A model generated the notes under the pieces. That model was not told where the DNA came from. It saw nothing but the letters and a program-made list of their open reading frames with translations, and searched no databases. A program made the position numbers and the translations under genes. DNA of 63,933 nt, filler included, from Kipferlia bialata (lineage: Eukaryota): NCBI GenBank assembly GCA_003568945.1. It is 6 parts of 6 records of this genome, joined end to end, with 100 filler letters (N's around TTAATTAATTAA, not from the genome) between each part and the next. Parts side by side here need not be neighbours in the genome. Positions count along the whole stretch, not along the records: positions 1 to 11,815 come from BDIP01001179.1; positions 11,916 to 23,727 come from BDIP01001180.1; 4 more parts are not named here. One strand, 5' to 3'. Positions within the stretch are counted from its first letter, which is position 1, and every line of letters begins with the position of its first letter. Of this stretch, positions 1-12,287 are shown in pieces.

Positions 1-4
1 GGGG

Positions 5-43
<39 letters not shown>

Positions 44-671
44 ACAGACAGGGTGAAGAAGTAGAGTGGTAGAATGAGAAGTGGCATAAATGCAACAGTC
101 TCAGCTCGTATCACTCACTCAGTACCCGCAGCAGCAACTATACGCAAGCACTTCAATCAAATCAGCAATAGATATATGATATAGAGTATATAGACGCGGC
201 ATCTACTCTATACTCTTGGTACATAACTCCTAAACATGTCGTACACACGACATGGTTCATAGATGCACATACCTACTAGCCTCGTTCTGACTGGGCACCA
301 TCCTCACTCTCTCTCAGTCTCTCTCTCTCTCTCTGTGTCCCTCTTCTCAATCTTCCACTAACCCTCAGCAGACAACCTCAGCTACTCCTCTACTAACTGA
401 CTATGTGTTACTTGGTCAGTACAACTGTCAGAGGCACTGGCGACAGCAGGCGGTACCAACTATACCAAGTGACACCAGAAGAGTGAATGGAAGTGAAGAC
501 AAAAAGAGTCTTTCTGCACCCTTTTCAGCATTCAACCTCTACACCCTTATGGCAGAGTTTGTTAGCCTTCTACTGTGCCGGCGCACTCTCATAGTACCAA
601 AACACAGCAGTGTAGTAGACGCATACAGGCTCTCTATCGTGGACTCTACGGCGCTACGAGTGCTGTAGGAC

Positions 672-2968
672 ATGTCCACGCGAGACGATGTGTGGGAGAA
701 GCGCAGGGCTGAGAGGAAGGTGGGCCACTCTCCATCACTCTGTATAGTGACTCTGCTGCTGTCTCTAGTGCTTAATACCGTCTCAGAGCCAGTGTGTATA
801 TACTCTGGGTGTATATACCTAGTGTCAGTGCGTGGTTCTTGCTATGACCACTCCCTGCTGCATTCACAGTGTATAGTGATACCGGTACCGGTACCGCTCT
901 ACCCTCTGTCTCACCCCTAGGCCCGTACCAACAGGCGCAAGACCCTAGGGCGCAGACCAGCTGCCAAGAGCAGCAATGCAGTGGTGGCACCAGTGGGTGG
1001 GTGTATCTAGCGTCTATATCTGCACAGCCTATAATGGTACCGGTACTGGTACCATATTCGCATTTGTATATATTCTATACACAGGCATATTAGCCACACC
1101 TATCCCTCTCTGTCTCTCCCCATCTGTGTTGGGAGATCCATGTTGGCTTTTACTCTACATACATACATATGTATGCATTTTGGAGCACTCTCTCTCACTA
1201 TACATTGGGTACAATCTCAGTATGAATAGCATCTAGGCTCATATAGTGATAGCACCTCATGTGGTTACCCTCCCTATCTCCTGCTCTTACCTCAGGTGCT
1301 GCTGCCAGGGGTGCTAGCAGAGGAGGATCGGGGGGAGGATCAGGTGTGTACATATTCATATTCTTGTTTATTAGTCTATTCTTCTTCCTCACCGCCAGGT
1401 GCCACTGTGACAGCTGTCAGGAGAGGGCCCCTGGTGGCAGTGCACGGTGAGTGTCTCTGTCTCTATATATAAGTATATGTATAGGTATATATATATAGAG
1501 AGAGAGAGAGGCGTCTACTCAGGAGAGGGCCCCTGGTGGCAGTGCATGGTATGTATTGCATCAGTATCTCTCTCTCTGTCTCTCTCTGTGTATATACATA
1601 CCCCTACCTCCAGGTGCTGATGGCGTTGTTCTATCCCCCCACCTCTCTCTCTCTCTCTCCCGCCCCTCTCTCTCTCTACCCTCAGGTGACAACAACACTG
1701 TCCCCTCCTACTCCATGGCAGGCAGTCCAGTGCGGTCACAGTACGGTACGGGTAGTATGTGTATATNNCATGGCAGGCAGTCCAGTGCGGTCACAGTACG
1801 GTACGGGTAGTATGTGTATATGAGTACTCTTATGTTGGTCTGAACTTCCCATCTAATCCCTTGGCATGACTCTCCCCCATAATCCCCCATCTCTCCCCCA
1901 TCTCTCTCCCTCACCCATTATAATGTCTCCCCCCCTCTCCCCCACCCCAGGCATGACCGGTGACTCCTCCCCTGTGAGGGTGGGCAGTGACGCTAGGTAG
2001 GGGGTGTTATACATACAGTGTAATATGTAGTAGTATATAGTGGGGCAGTGTATTATCCCCAGTGAGGGTGGGCAGTGAGGCCAGATAGGGGGAATATTAA
2101 TGATATACATATGAGCACTGGGGGTGCGAGGAATGCGAGTATATGTTCATATATATATACACCTCTGACTCCCAGGGACTTTGCCCCCCGAGAGGTGGTA
2201 TTAGTATATATTCATATTGCGATATGTACTCACAAAGCACTATATTGCTACTAATTTATATACCCACATCTGACCCCCAGGGACTTTGCACCCAGGGAGG
2301 TAGCCCCTCGGGAGGTGGAGAGGGAGAAAGCACCCACCCCAGACACACACGCCAGGTATGGATATGTATATATAGGTATATAGATGTATGCGTAAGGGTA
2401 TATATTAGTACCTAGAAGGCACCCACCCCAGACACACACGCCAGGTATGGATGTATATATACTATACTATATACATACATATATTCACGATATATATAGT
2501 TAGGTACACAAACATAGAGAAGGCACCCACCCCAGAGACACACGCCAGGTATGGATGTATATATAGGTATATAGATGTATGTACTATATACATACCTATA
2601 TTCACGACATATGCAGTTAGGTACACAAGTACCCCACACACACACGCCAGGTATGGATGTATATAGGTATATAGATGTGTATATACTATACTATATACAT
2701 ACCTATATTCACGACATATACAGTTAGGTATGCACCCGCCCCAGACACACACGCTAGGTATGGATATAAATACATGTATACATGAGTATGCGTAAGGGTA
2801 TATATTAGTACCTAGAAGGCACCCACACCAGACACACACGCTAGGTATGTATAGGTATACATATATACACTGCATATCGGGTTCTCGCTTTTCTTCTCGC
2901 TTTTCCTCCCCTGACCCCCTAGGAACAGGCTCCCTCCCAGGGCCAGTGGCAGACCACCCTCAGGTAAG

Positions 2969-3011
<43 letters not shown>

Positions 3012-4851
3012 ACTGCATGTATACTGACGTTTCCTCCCTCACCCTCAGGCCGTTCCAGGTCCACATACTCTAGCAGGGAGGCAGAGAGAGACTCCAGGAG
3101 GGAGACTATAGGTAGAGAGAGACTGCATCATATATTTGTATATTAGACCTACATATTTACACAGAATAGATGGAGAGATCTTACACATACACCCCTCACC
3201 CCCAGGCCGTGGCAAGAGTGCCCTGAGAAGGGACTCTGAGATGGAGAGGGAGAGAGAGAGAGAGAGAGCACCTATCATGTCTAGGGAGAGAGGTCCAGTA
3301 CTTTTGCTATACACACGTTGTTTTATCTAGCTCTCAATATTTTTAGATATGTATATTGTTCCCATCCCCAGGCAGGAGCAGAGAGCGCTACTCCATATAC
3401 TCCATATACTCCATATACACATATACATCTCCCTTTCCCATCCCCACCTCAGGCAGGAGCAGAGAGCGCCCGGCACCATACGACCCACAGGTATAATCAT
3501 ATGAATGCATATCTCACCCACTGCTCTCTCTCTCTCTAGCTACACCACTATATCTAGTCTTTGACTCCCTCTCTCTGTCTCTCTCATTCTCCCCTTCTCT
3601 TATCATCCACAGCTCTTGATCTCTACCTACACCCCTATTACAAGTGTTTGACTCTCAGGCTGCCAGAGAGGCAGAGAGAGAGAGAGACAGGCTGAGTCGG
3701 CAGGAGAGGGAGAGGGAGAGAACCAAGAGGATGATGGGAGGTACAGCAGTGTATAGTGTCGACGTAACTTCATGTTTCAGATTTGAATAGAACTATGACA
3801 TACATATATATATATATATATACACTGTCTCACCCCCCAGGCCAGCCTGAGGCCATACCTACCTATTATATGTATTACTACTATTACTGTACATATAGTA
3901 TAGTATATATATATATATACTGTCTCACCCCCCAGGCCAGCCTGAGAGTGGTGGGTACAGGCCATCATCATCCACGGCACAGGGTGAGTCGTATGGTATA
4001 TATGAGTATACATAGCTATCCAAATATGTGTATCGCTCAATCTGCCATCATCCTCCACGGCACAGGGTATGGATCGTAATCACGAATACATTCTTGTCAT
4101 AGAAGACCATGCATAGTGTGTGTCGATACAGTGTACCATACTCTTCCACAAACATTGGGTAGATATATATGTATGTCTATGTGGACACCCACCCTCTCAC
4201 ACCCCAGGTGCCTACCGGTCTCTCAAGATAGTACATATGTATGTATGGATGTATGTCCCTCTGAGTGGACGCCCACTATTCTATCTAATGACTGTGTCCC
4301 TCTGTATATATGTATATTCCCTCACCCTATATGTGCGTCCCGGTCTCTCAACCAGAAGAGGACCTATTTTATATATGTGTATTACTATAGATTGTATATG
4401 TATATTTATATTGTCCCTCTGTATTCCCTCTCACCCTGCAGGTGCCTCCCTGTCTCTCATATAAATGTATGTATGTATATATGTATGTAACCCACTCACC
4501 CTGTAGGTGCCTCCCGGTCTCTCAACCAGAAGAGACCCCAACAACTCACATTTCCCAGTCAGGTATGGGGAATAGATGGATGGGTATATATATATATAGA
4601 TGAGAGGGGGGAGAGGGGGGGAGAGAGAGGGAGACCCCACCAGCTCACTATGTATCTATGTATATATACTATATATACTATATATGTATCTGCATCTTGG
4701 TGTGTAGTGGTTATGTGTCAGAGAGAGAGAGAGAGTCTAAGTGTGTCTCACCCCCAGGAGCCACCAAGACCAAGTACTCTCCATATACACATTGTTTCTA
4801 CTCTATTTCCACTCTTTGTGTATAGCTATGATGTGTATCAGAGGGAATGAG

Positions 4852-4885
<34 letters not shown>

Positions 4886-4976
4886 TGTATATATGACATC
4901 CCTCACCCCCAGACTGCCACCAAGACCAAGTACGAGCAGCAGCAGGATATGAGGTAGGGGTGTAGTTGTATATTAC

Positions 4977-5015
<39 letters not shown>

Positions 5016-5394
5016 GGAGAGAGGTATAGATGAGCAGCAGCAGGACATGAGGTAAGGGTGTAGTTATATATTTACTAGAACAAGGTTAATTGTACAAGCG
5101 TATCTAAAGCTGTGTGTATACCAACCCCAGGAGAGAGCTTGACCACATATATTTCAGAGAGTAATATTGTATATAGCATATTACTATCAACGTATATACC
5201 AACCCCAGGAGAGAACTGGACCAGCAGATGGAGGAGAAGAGAAGGCTGAGGGCATCGGCCACATCGGGCAGTAGGTATGTGTGTATTTCTTTTTCTCTCT
5301 CTCTCTCTCTCTCTCCCTCTATGTTTCCCCCGGTATGTCTCTTCCCCTATCACTCTATAACCACCTCTCACTCCAGACATGCCAGCTCGATGTC

Positions 5395-5445
<51 letters not shown>

Positions 5446-7724
5446 CCTATTACAACCTCTCACTCTCCAGACATGCCAGCTCCATGTCATCCTCTCCATT
5501 CGCCATGAACACTAGGTTGGTGTGTGTATCTCTCCCTCTCTCTCCCCTATATGTATCCCTTACCATAAACACCAGGTTAGTGTCTTTCTATCTTCCTCTC
5601 TTTTGTATGTAATAATCATAGCCCACTTACCCTCACCCCCAGCTCCACCACCCCTGGTGCAGACAAGAGAGCCAGGCAGGAGCAGCTGAGGTATGGACAC
5701 ATATGGGTGTATTTAGATATTCATATATTTATGTATATACTGACCTCCAGACGTGACCTAGACAGACAGGTTGAGGACATACTATTACTGACACTGGATG
5801 CATATGTAAATTTGTATATACATGTATATCTTGGAGACCTTACTCTTAGGCGTGACCTGGACAGACAGGTTGAGGACAAGAGGGCAGCCGAGGCAAGGCA
5901 GACAGAGAGGGAGAGAGAGAGAGAGAGAGATAGGCCAATGGATAGGGACGTCAGAGACTCTTGGTAATGGGTGTGGGTATATAGAATGATTCAATATATA
6001 CGTTCTATTCAGACTGTATGTGTATATCTGACACCCACCCCAGGTACCGTGATGGTCAGAGGGACTCACTCAGGGACTCAAGGTATGTATACGTCTAAAG
6101 TATATGTCTGTAGTACTCTCAGTACACTCTTTCGATGTATTACATGTATAGGGGCAGATATAAATGTATATATGTGTGTATACTGACTATGCAGGGATAT
6201 GGACCGAGACAGAGACATGGGCAGAGACTCCTACAATGATCGGTCCAGAGATGTCAGGTACGGTGTTGATATACATATACATTAGTATTCACTTACTCTG
6301 TCAGTATGATGTATATACTATAACTGTCGACGATGCTATACATGCATCATGCATTGTTCTAATTCTAGGGACTCTTATGATTATTTTTACTACGTGTACA
6401 CAAGTCACCTTTTCACTACGGTATATACCATGGTATACTCCATCTAACCCCAGGGACTCTCGTGACATGGGCAGAGAGAGAGACAGAGACCCAAGGGACA
6501 TTGGCAGAGACGCTCTCAGGGACTCCAGGTATATTCATGTGTGTAATGAATTTGTATATATATATATATATATACATATATATACATACATACACTCACC
6601 CCCAGGGACTCTGGCAGAGACATGGGAAGGGATGTCAGGTCTAGGGGGTACGATAGCAGAGACTCTCGTGCCGACAGGGAGAGAGAGAGGATAGACAGGG
6701 AGAGAGAGGCAGAGAGGGACAGGGAGAAGCAGAGGCAGGGGGTCTCGGGGGGGCTATTTAACAGGTGGGTATATATATATATATAGTGTATTGATTTGTT
6801 AATGATTGATCCGTTGATGATTGATGATTGATTCCCAGGGATGAGCAGGCCGAGAGGCGTGAGAAGCAGCTGGAGCAGAGGAGGGTCCTGGATGAGCAGA
6901 TGAACCAGTCCAGGTCGAGGGGGAGGTGCGATGGTATTAGTTACATATTTGTGTATACAGTGATACATCCGTGTCTAACGATTCAGTCTTGGCCTCTCTG
7001 GAGATCGTGACAGGGAGAGAGACAGAGAGAGAGACAGAGACAGAGAGAGGGAGAGAGACAGAGACTACCCACCTAGGGGTGGATACTCCCGTGGGAGAGA
7101 GAGAGAGAGAGACTCAGATAGGGACATGGGGAGGGACAGAGATAGCAGGGATAGAGACCCTAGGTATGTGTGAGTATCTATGTATATACATTAGTGCTTG
7201 TATGTACCTATATATATACGTATACATCCCCTCACCCCTAGGGACAGAGACAGGGGCTATAACGACATGCCAACCTCTACCCATGGGTCACAGGACAACA
7301 GGTATACACTGTTATATACATATGTATTGTGTATTTATAACCATAATCAAATATTTGTTATCCTCCCGTTTGACAGCACTGTATACTCAATGACATTTTC
7401 CTTATACATATATATATATTACTGGTACTGACACCAGCCTTGGTGCCTACTCCCCTATGACCTATTCCCCTGCTATACCCACTATATATCTCTCTCCCTG
7501 TATATGTATATGTGTATCCTATATCCTTACACCAGCCTTGGCGCCAGTACCCGTGGCTTTGACCCATCTACCAACACTATATGTATATAATAAGTGTATA
7601 CATACACTATGCTATACTGTATGTATTCTGATGTCAGCCTTGGCGCCAGTGCCCGTGGCTTTGACCCATCCACCAGGACAGTGCGGACACCCACATACAG
7701 CAGTGGGCACACACGGTATGTGGA

Positions 7725-7767
<43 letters not shown>

Positions 7768-10700
7768 ATTAAGTAGTTACTTTCTCATCAGTGTATATAT
7801 ACTGCCATGCACATAATGACATATTGCTGGCTTCTCCTTTGATACCCCCTTGTCCCCCGAGAGTGTATACGTATCTAGTTGCTCATCTATAGTACATATG
7901 TGTGTGTATCATCAATGTGTATAATCTGTCCCTTATACCCAGTTTCTCCTTCGACGCCCTGTCCCCTGAGGACAGTGTATATACAATTCAATAATATCCA
8001 TATAGCATGACTAATACCTAATATATATACTTCTATATATCGTATCTCATTCCCAGCTTCTCCTTCGATGCCCTGTCCCCTGAGGAGAAGGCCTCTAGGG
8101 CAGCCAAGGCCGAGGCACAGGCTGCACTGAGGTAGGGATATATGATATGGTATATATATATATATAAAAAGAGAGAGAGAGGGAGAGAGAGAGAGAGTAG
8201 TATGGATGTATTGGACCGTTAGGGGAGTAATCCGTTTCTATGTGTATAGTATAGTGTTCATTAACCCCAGGCGCCAGCTGGATGAGCAGCTGGCCATGAA
8301 GAAGGACTCGAAGAAGGGGAGAGTGAATGCAGGTATGACTAGTAGTTGTATACGTATATACATTGAGTATAATATATATGTATATACTATATATATGTAT
8401 GCTAGCCATGAAGAAGGACTCGAAGAAGGGGAGAGTGAATGCAGGTATATATATATTTAGTATAATATATATGTATATACTATATATATGCATGCTAGCC
8501 ATGAAGAAGGACTCGAAGAAGGGCAGGGTCAATGCAGGTATGATTTGTTGTTGTATACGTATATACATTGAGTATACTATATGTATATACTATATATATG
8601 TATGCTAGCCATGAAGAAGGACTCAAAGAAGGGGAGAGTGAATGCAGGTATGTAAGGTCATTAGATATCGACAGAGGGAGATGGAGGTGTGTATGTGTAC
8701 ATTGGTTTTGTCACTGCGCTGATATGTTTGTATATGTACTAGCCATGGACAAGGATATATATTGTTATCTATTTTCTCACTAATGCCAGGCGACTCCCGC
8801 ATCAGGAACAAGGCCACCTCTGATGCATTCATACAACCCTCTAATAATTTTTTATACTCATTTGATATTCTAGACCCTACCCTTCATACAACTGACGCAG
8901 GCGACAGTCGCATCAGGAACAAGGCCACCTCAGACCTCAGAGAATATCCACTATATATGTATATAGTGTTACTCTGCCATATTCTAATGTCAGGCGACTC
9001 CCGCATCAGGAACAAGGCCACCTCTGACATGACTGAGGCAGAGTACGACGCATGGTTCGAGGTGTGTGCAGATGTAGATAGATATAGATTTATAGAGACA
9101 TAGATAGGCATCCATGTACATGTGGTTATCTAACCCCCCAGGCCAAGGTTGCCAAGGACAGGCTCAAGCTGCTGACAATCATGTTACATATACTATATAT
9201 ATGTATACTCATACTGACTATATGTATCTAAGTGTATGTATATGACTATCTAATACCAGGCCAAGGTTGCCAAGGACAGGCTCAAGCTGCTGACCCTTGT
9301 GATAGACAACCCCAAGCCCAGTCAGTGGGACATAGCAGAGGCAGACCAACTAGCCAAGTGAGTATATAACACTGTACCCTTCACAATGTCCCTATCTTCT
9401 GACCCTTCTTAACCCAGGGATGATCCCACCTTCCGTGACATGTACGAGAAGGGCAAGAAGCAGAGAGCGGCCAGGTATTGTATATACATATATAATTGTA
9501 TATATATATATATAGTGTATTCAGTATTATAGTATACTATACTGTACATACACTATGCACTGTGACATGTACGAGAAGGGTACAAGAAGCAGAGAGCAGC
9601 CAGGTATGATATATATATATATATATATATGTATTAGCATATCATACTGTATATACACTATGCACTCTGACATCGCAAGAAGCAGAGGGCAACCAGGTAT
9701 ATATACAAGTGTGTGTATATGCTATGGATATACAATACATATACATATGGTACACCCCCCTGACCCCTAGACTGGCAGAGGAGGAGCGTCTCAAGGAAGA
9801 GCGTCTGAATGAGGAGAGAGAGAGACTTCAGGAGGAGAAGAGACGTCTAGAGGAGGAGAAGCAGCGTATCAGAGACAAGAAGGTATGTATACCTCTCCCC
9901 CCATACATTTTATTTCGTATACCGTTCGTCTAACCCCCTCAGAAGGCTGCTCTCGACGCTGAGAGGGAGAGAGACAGGGAGAGAGAGGAGAAGGAGGAGC
10001 AGCGGCTGAAGGAGGAGAGAGAGAGAGAGAGGAGACGGAGCATGGGCACCTCAAGGATGGGTACGGTTATAGTGGTACAATTGTGGATTAGTGGCGCTAC
10101 CACTTGCACACACTTATATATATACGTCTCTGCCCGAATATGCCTCAGTCGAAATACTAATGGGTCAGCTGAGGATGAGGAGAGAGAGCCCGAGAGGGGG
10201 AGAGAGAGAGACGCCCCTGGGTCACCCTCTGCCAGACCACCCATCGGCAAGAGAGGTATTTGGATATATGCATATGTATATATATATAGTATATATATTA
10301 ATATAATGATAATAATATAATACACAATAATAATAATAATATAGTTATGTATGTGAGTGTATACCTATTAGTGTACCCTCTGTCAGACCACCCATCGGCA
10401 AGAGAGGTATGCATAGTTATATATTATACATACATTATATTCATTGATATAGTATAGTATGTAGGTGAGTGTTTATACCCGTGTTGCCCTCTGCCAGACG
10501 GCAAGAGAGCTATACAGATAGATGTAAATATATGCATACATTTCTCTTTCTCTCTCTCTTTATATATATATATATATATATATACCCTACTCACCCCCAG
10601 GCCCCATCCGTAGACGTGGTGTGTCCATCAAGGGTGACCCCTCTGCTGTGTCCAGGAGGGCGGCACTCGCTGCACCACCTGTTGAAGGTGAGTAACTAGA

Positions 10701-11752
10701 GTGTATTGTATATAGTGTATAGTATATAGTATATAGTATATAGTGTAAAGACATTTATAGCGTTGAGTATTTAGGTTTTTAGACATCATGTATTTATAGT
10801 GTATGAAAGACTATGTACTTACTACCCAGACTCTTCCAACCGTTCCTTCGACCTCGAGAGGGAGAGAGAGAGAGAGCTGGTGCGGGACAGGGAGAGAGAG
10901 AGGGAGAGAGAGGAGGAGAGGGAGAGGGAGAGGGAGCAGCGCCAGCCACCTAGGGTAGGGATACTATATATGTGTGTTGTGTAGTATTTGTATGACATAT
11001 GTATATGACATTTATTGCGTCGTTCCCTCACCCCCAGCCTGCCCGCTCTGCCTCCACCCACTCCAGACCACCCAGCTCACAGGTATGATGTGCTATGATA
11101 TACCAAGTATACATGTGTATGCATTTTTACTCATACGGTATGCAATGCTGTACCACTAGACATATATTTGTCTTCATCACCCCTCACCCCCGGCTCCCCT
11201 ATTCTGGTGTTGAGGGCACCAGGGTCTATATATATAGGAGTATTTATATATACATCTATAAGCCTCTCACTCCCAGCCCCCCTATGGGTCAGGGGTTGAG
11301 GGCACCAGGGGGTACCAGCCCTCACAGGCAGCAAGGGGTGAGTGTATAGATATGTATATAGAGATGTGTATAAATATCATATGCATCTATCCACTTCTGT
11401 TTTATATACTCACTTGTATATACTCACAGGCAGCAAGGGGTGAGTGATATATGTGTATGGTGTATGAACAAGGATGGGAGAACCCCCCTAAGATATGTAC
11501 TCTTCATTCAAATACATATATATATATATATATATATACTCTGACCCCCCAGGCGATGGGCAGGAGAAGCCCAAGCCCATATATATATATGTATATATAC
11601 TCACAGACCGCAAGGGGTGTGTATATATTCTAGGATATGTACTATATGTGTATGTATGAGTGATACTGACTACTAGGCCATGAGCAGGAGAAGCCCAAGC
11701 CCACCAGCCGCACCATGTCCACAATCATGAGGGCTAGATCAGTGCTTAGCAG
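672..11752 (+). CDS. Multi-exon R/E/D-rich low-complexity coiled-coil protein with repeated L-[DR]-x-Q-[MVL]-x-x-K motifs (CSPP1/CCDC66-like, tentative); 3' end cut by contig end
   Basis: ATG at 672. Exon 1 (672-719) MSTRDDVWEKRRAERK|GT, acceptor ctcacccctag at 920, then ARTNRRKTLGRRPAAKSS. Later spliced exons give KYEQQQDMRRELDQQMEEKRRLR, QEQLRRDLDRQVEDKR, EQRRVLDEQMNQ, AALRRQLDEQLAMKK, EAEYDAWFEAKVAKDRLKLL, LAEEERLKEERLNEERERLQEEKRR. The last exon ends AG|GT at 11752 with no stop seen. Family assignment is by motif resemblance only. Confidence 0.75.
2329..2850 (+). repeat. Donor-side exon-echo array (exon 3' end + GT), true exon plus 5 copies, about 100-bp period
   Basis: gcacccaccccagacacacacgc(c/t)ag|gtatg is the true exon end at about 2329-2355 and recurs near 2416, 2520, 2630, 2731 and 2815. 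Confidence 0.9.
8401..8940 (+). repeat. One intron carrying 3 donor-side and 2 acceptor-side exon echoes
   Basis: gctagccatgaagaaggactc...aatgcag|gt occurs at about 8401, 8494 and 8604. ag|gcgac(tcc/agt)cgcatcaggaacaaggccacctc occurs at about 8790 and 8901, before the true exon at 8994. Confidence 0.9.
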
Positions 11753-11768
11753 GTATAGTATATATATG

Positions 11769-11815
<47 letters not shown>

Positions 11816-11915
11816 NNNNNNNNNNNNNNNNNNNNNNNNNNNNNNNNNNNNNNNNNNNNTTAATTAATTAANNNNNNNNNNNNNNNNNNNNNNNNNNNNN
11901 NNNNNNNNNNNNNNN
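11816..11915. other. Artificial contig-joining linker
   Basis: 44 N + TTAATTAATTAA (11860-11871, stops in all six frames) + 44 N. Confidence 0.97.
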
Positions 11916-12287
11916 CCCTTGCCTTCCCCACTTCCAGACATTACAATGTTTATGGTAACCCCCCCCCCCCCCCTTCCCCTTCTCCCTCCGCGCTCTTGTC
12001 TATTCATACCGAGTGTGATGCCTCGCCTGTCTCTCTCTCTCTCTCTCTCTCCCCCTCTCTCTTTCTCTCTTCCTCGCCCCCCCTTTGCAGTCAGTCACAA
12101 AATTTCATTTCCTCCCGCTCCCTCTTGGCTAACATCCATATATTCCTACACACCTTATAAGTATGATTATTCTCCTCTGAGCATCTCTCTCTCTCTCTCT
12201 CCCCTGTTTCTCACATAGTCTCACTCCAGCCCTTGTTTTTCTCATTCTCTCTCTCATATATATTGTCCTCACATGATCTCACCCCAG

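Noticed and set aside
1..40. Poly-G/poly-C runs as functional G-quadruplex elements
   Set aside because: They occur mainly at contig ends where length is unreliable, and there is no evidence of function.
11860..11871. TTAATTAATTAA palindrome recurring every 11.9 kb as a biological site (e.g. piggyBac TTAA)
   Set aside because: It is always centred in 44+44 Ns, so it is a six-frame stop linker.
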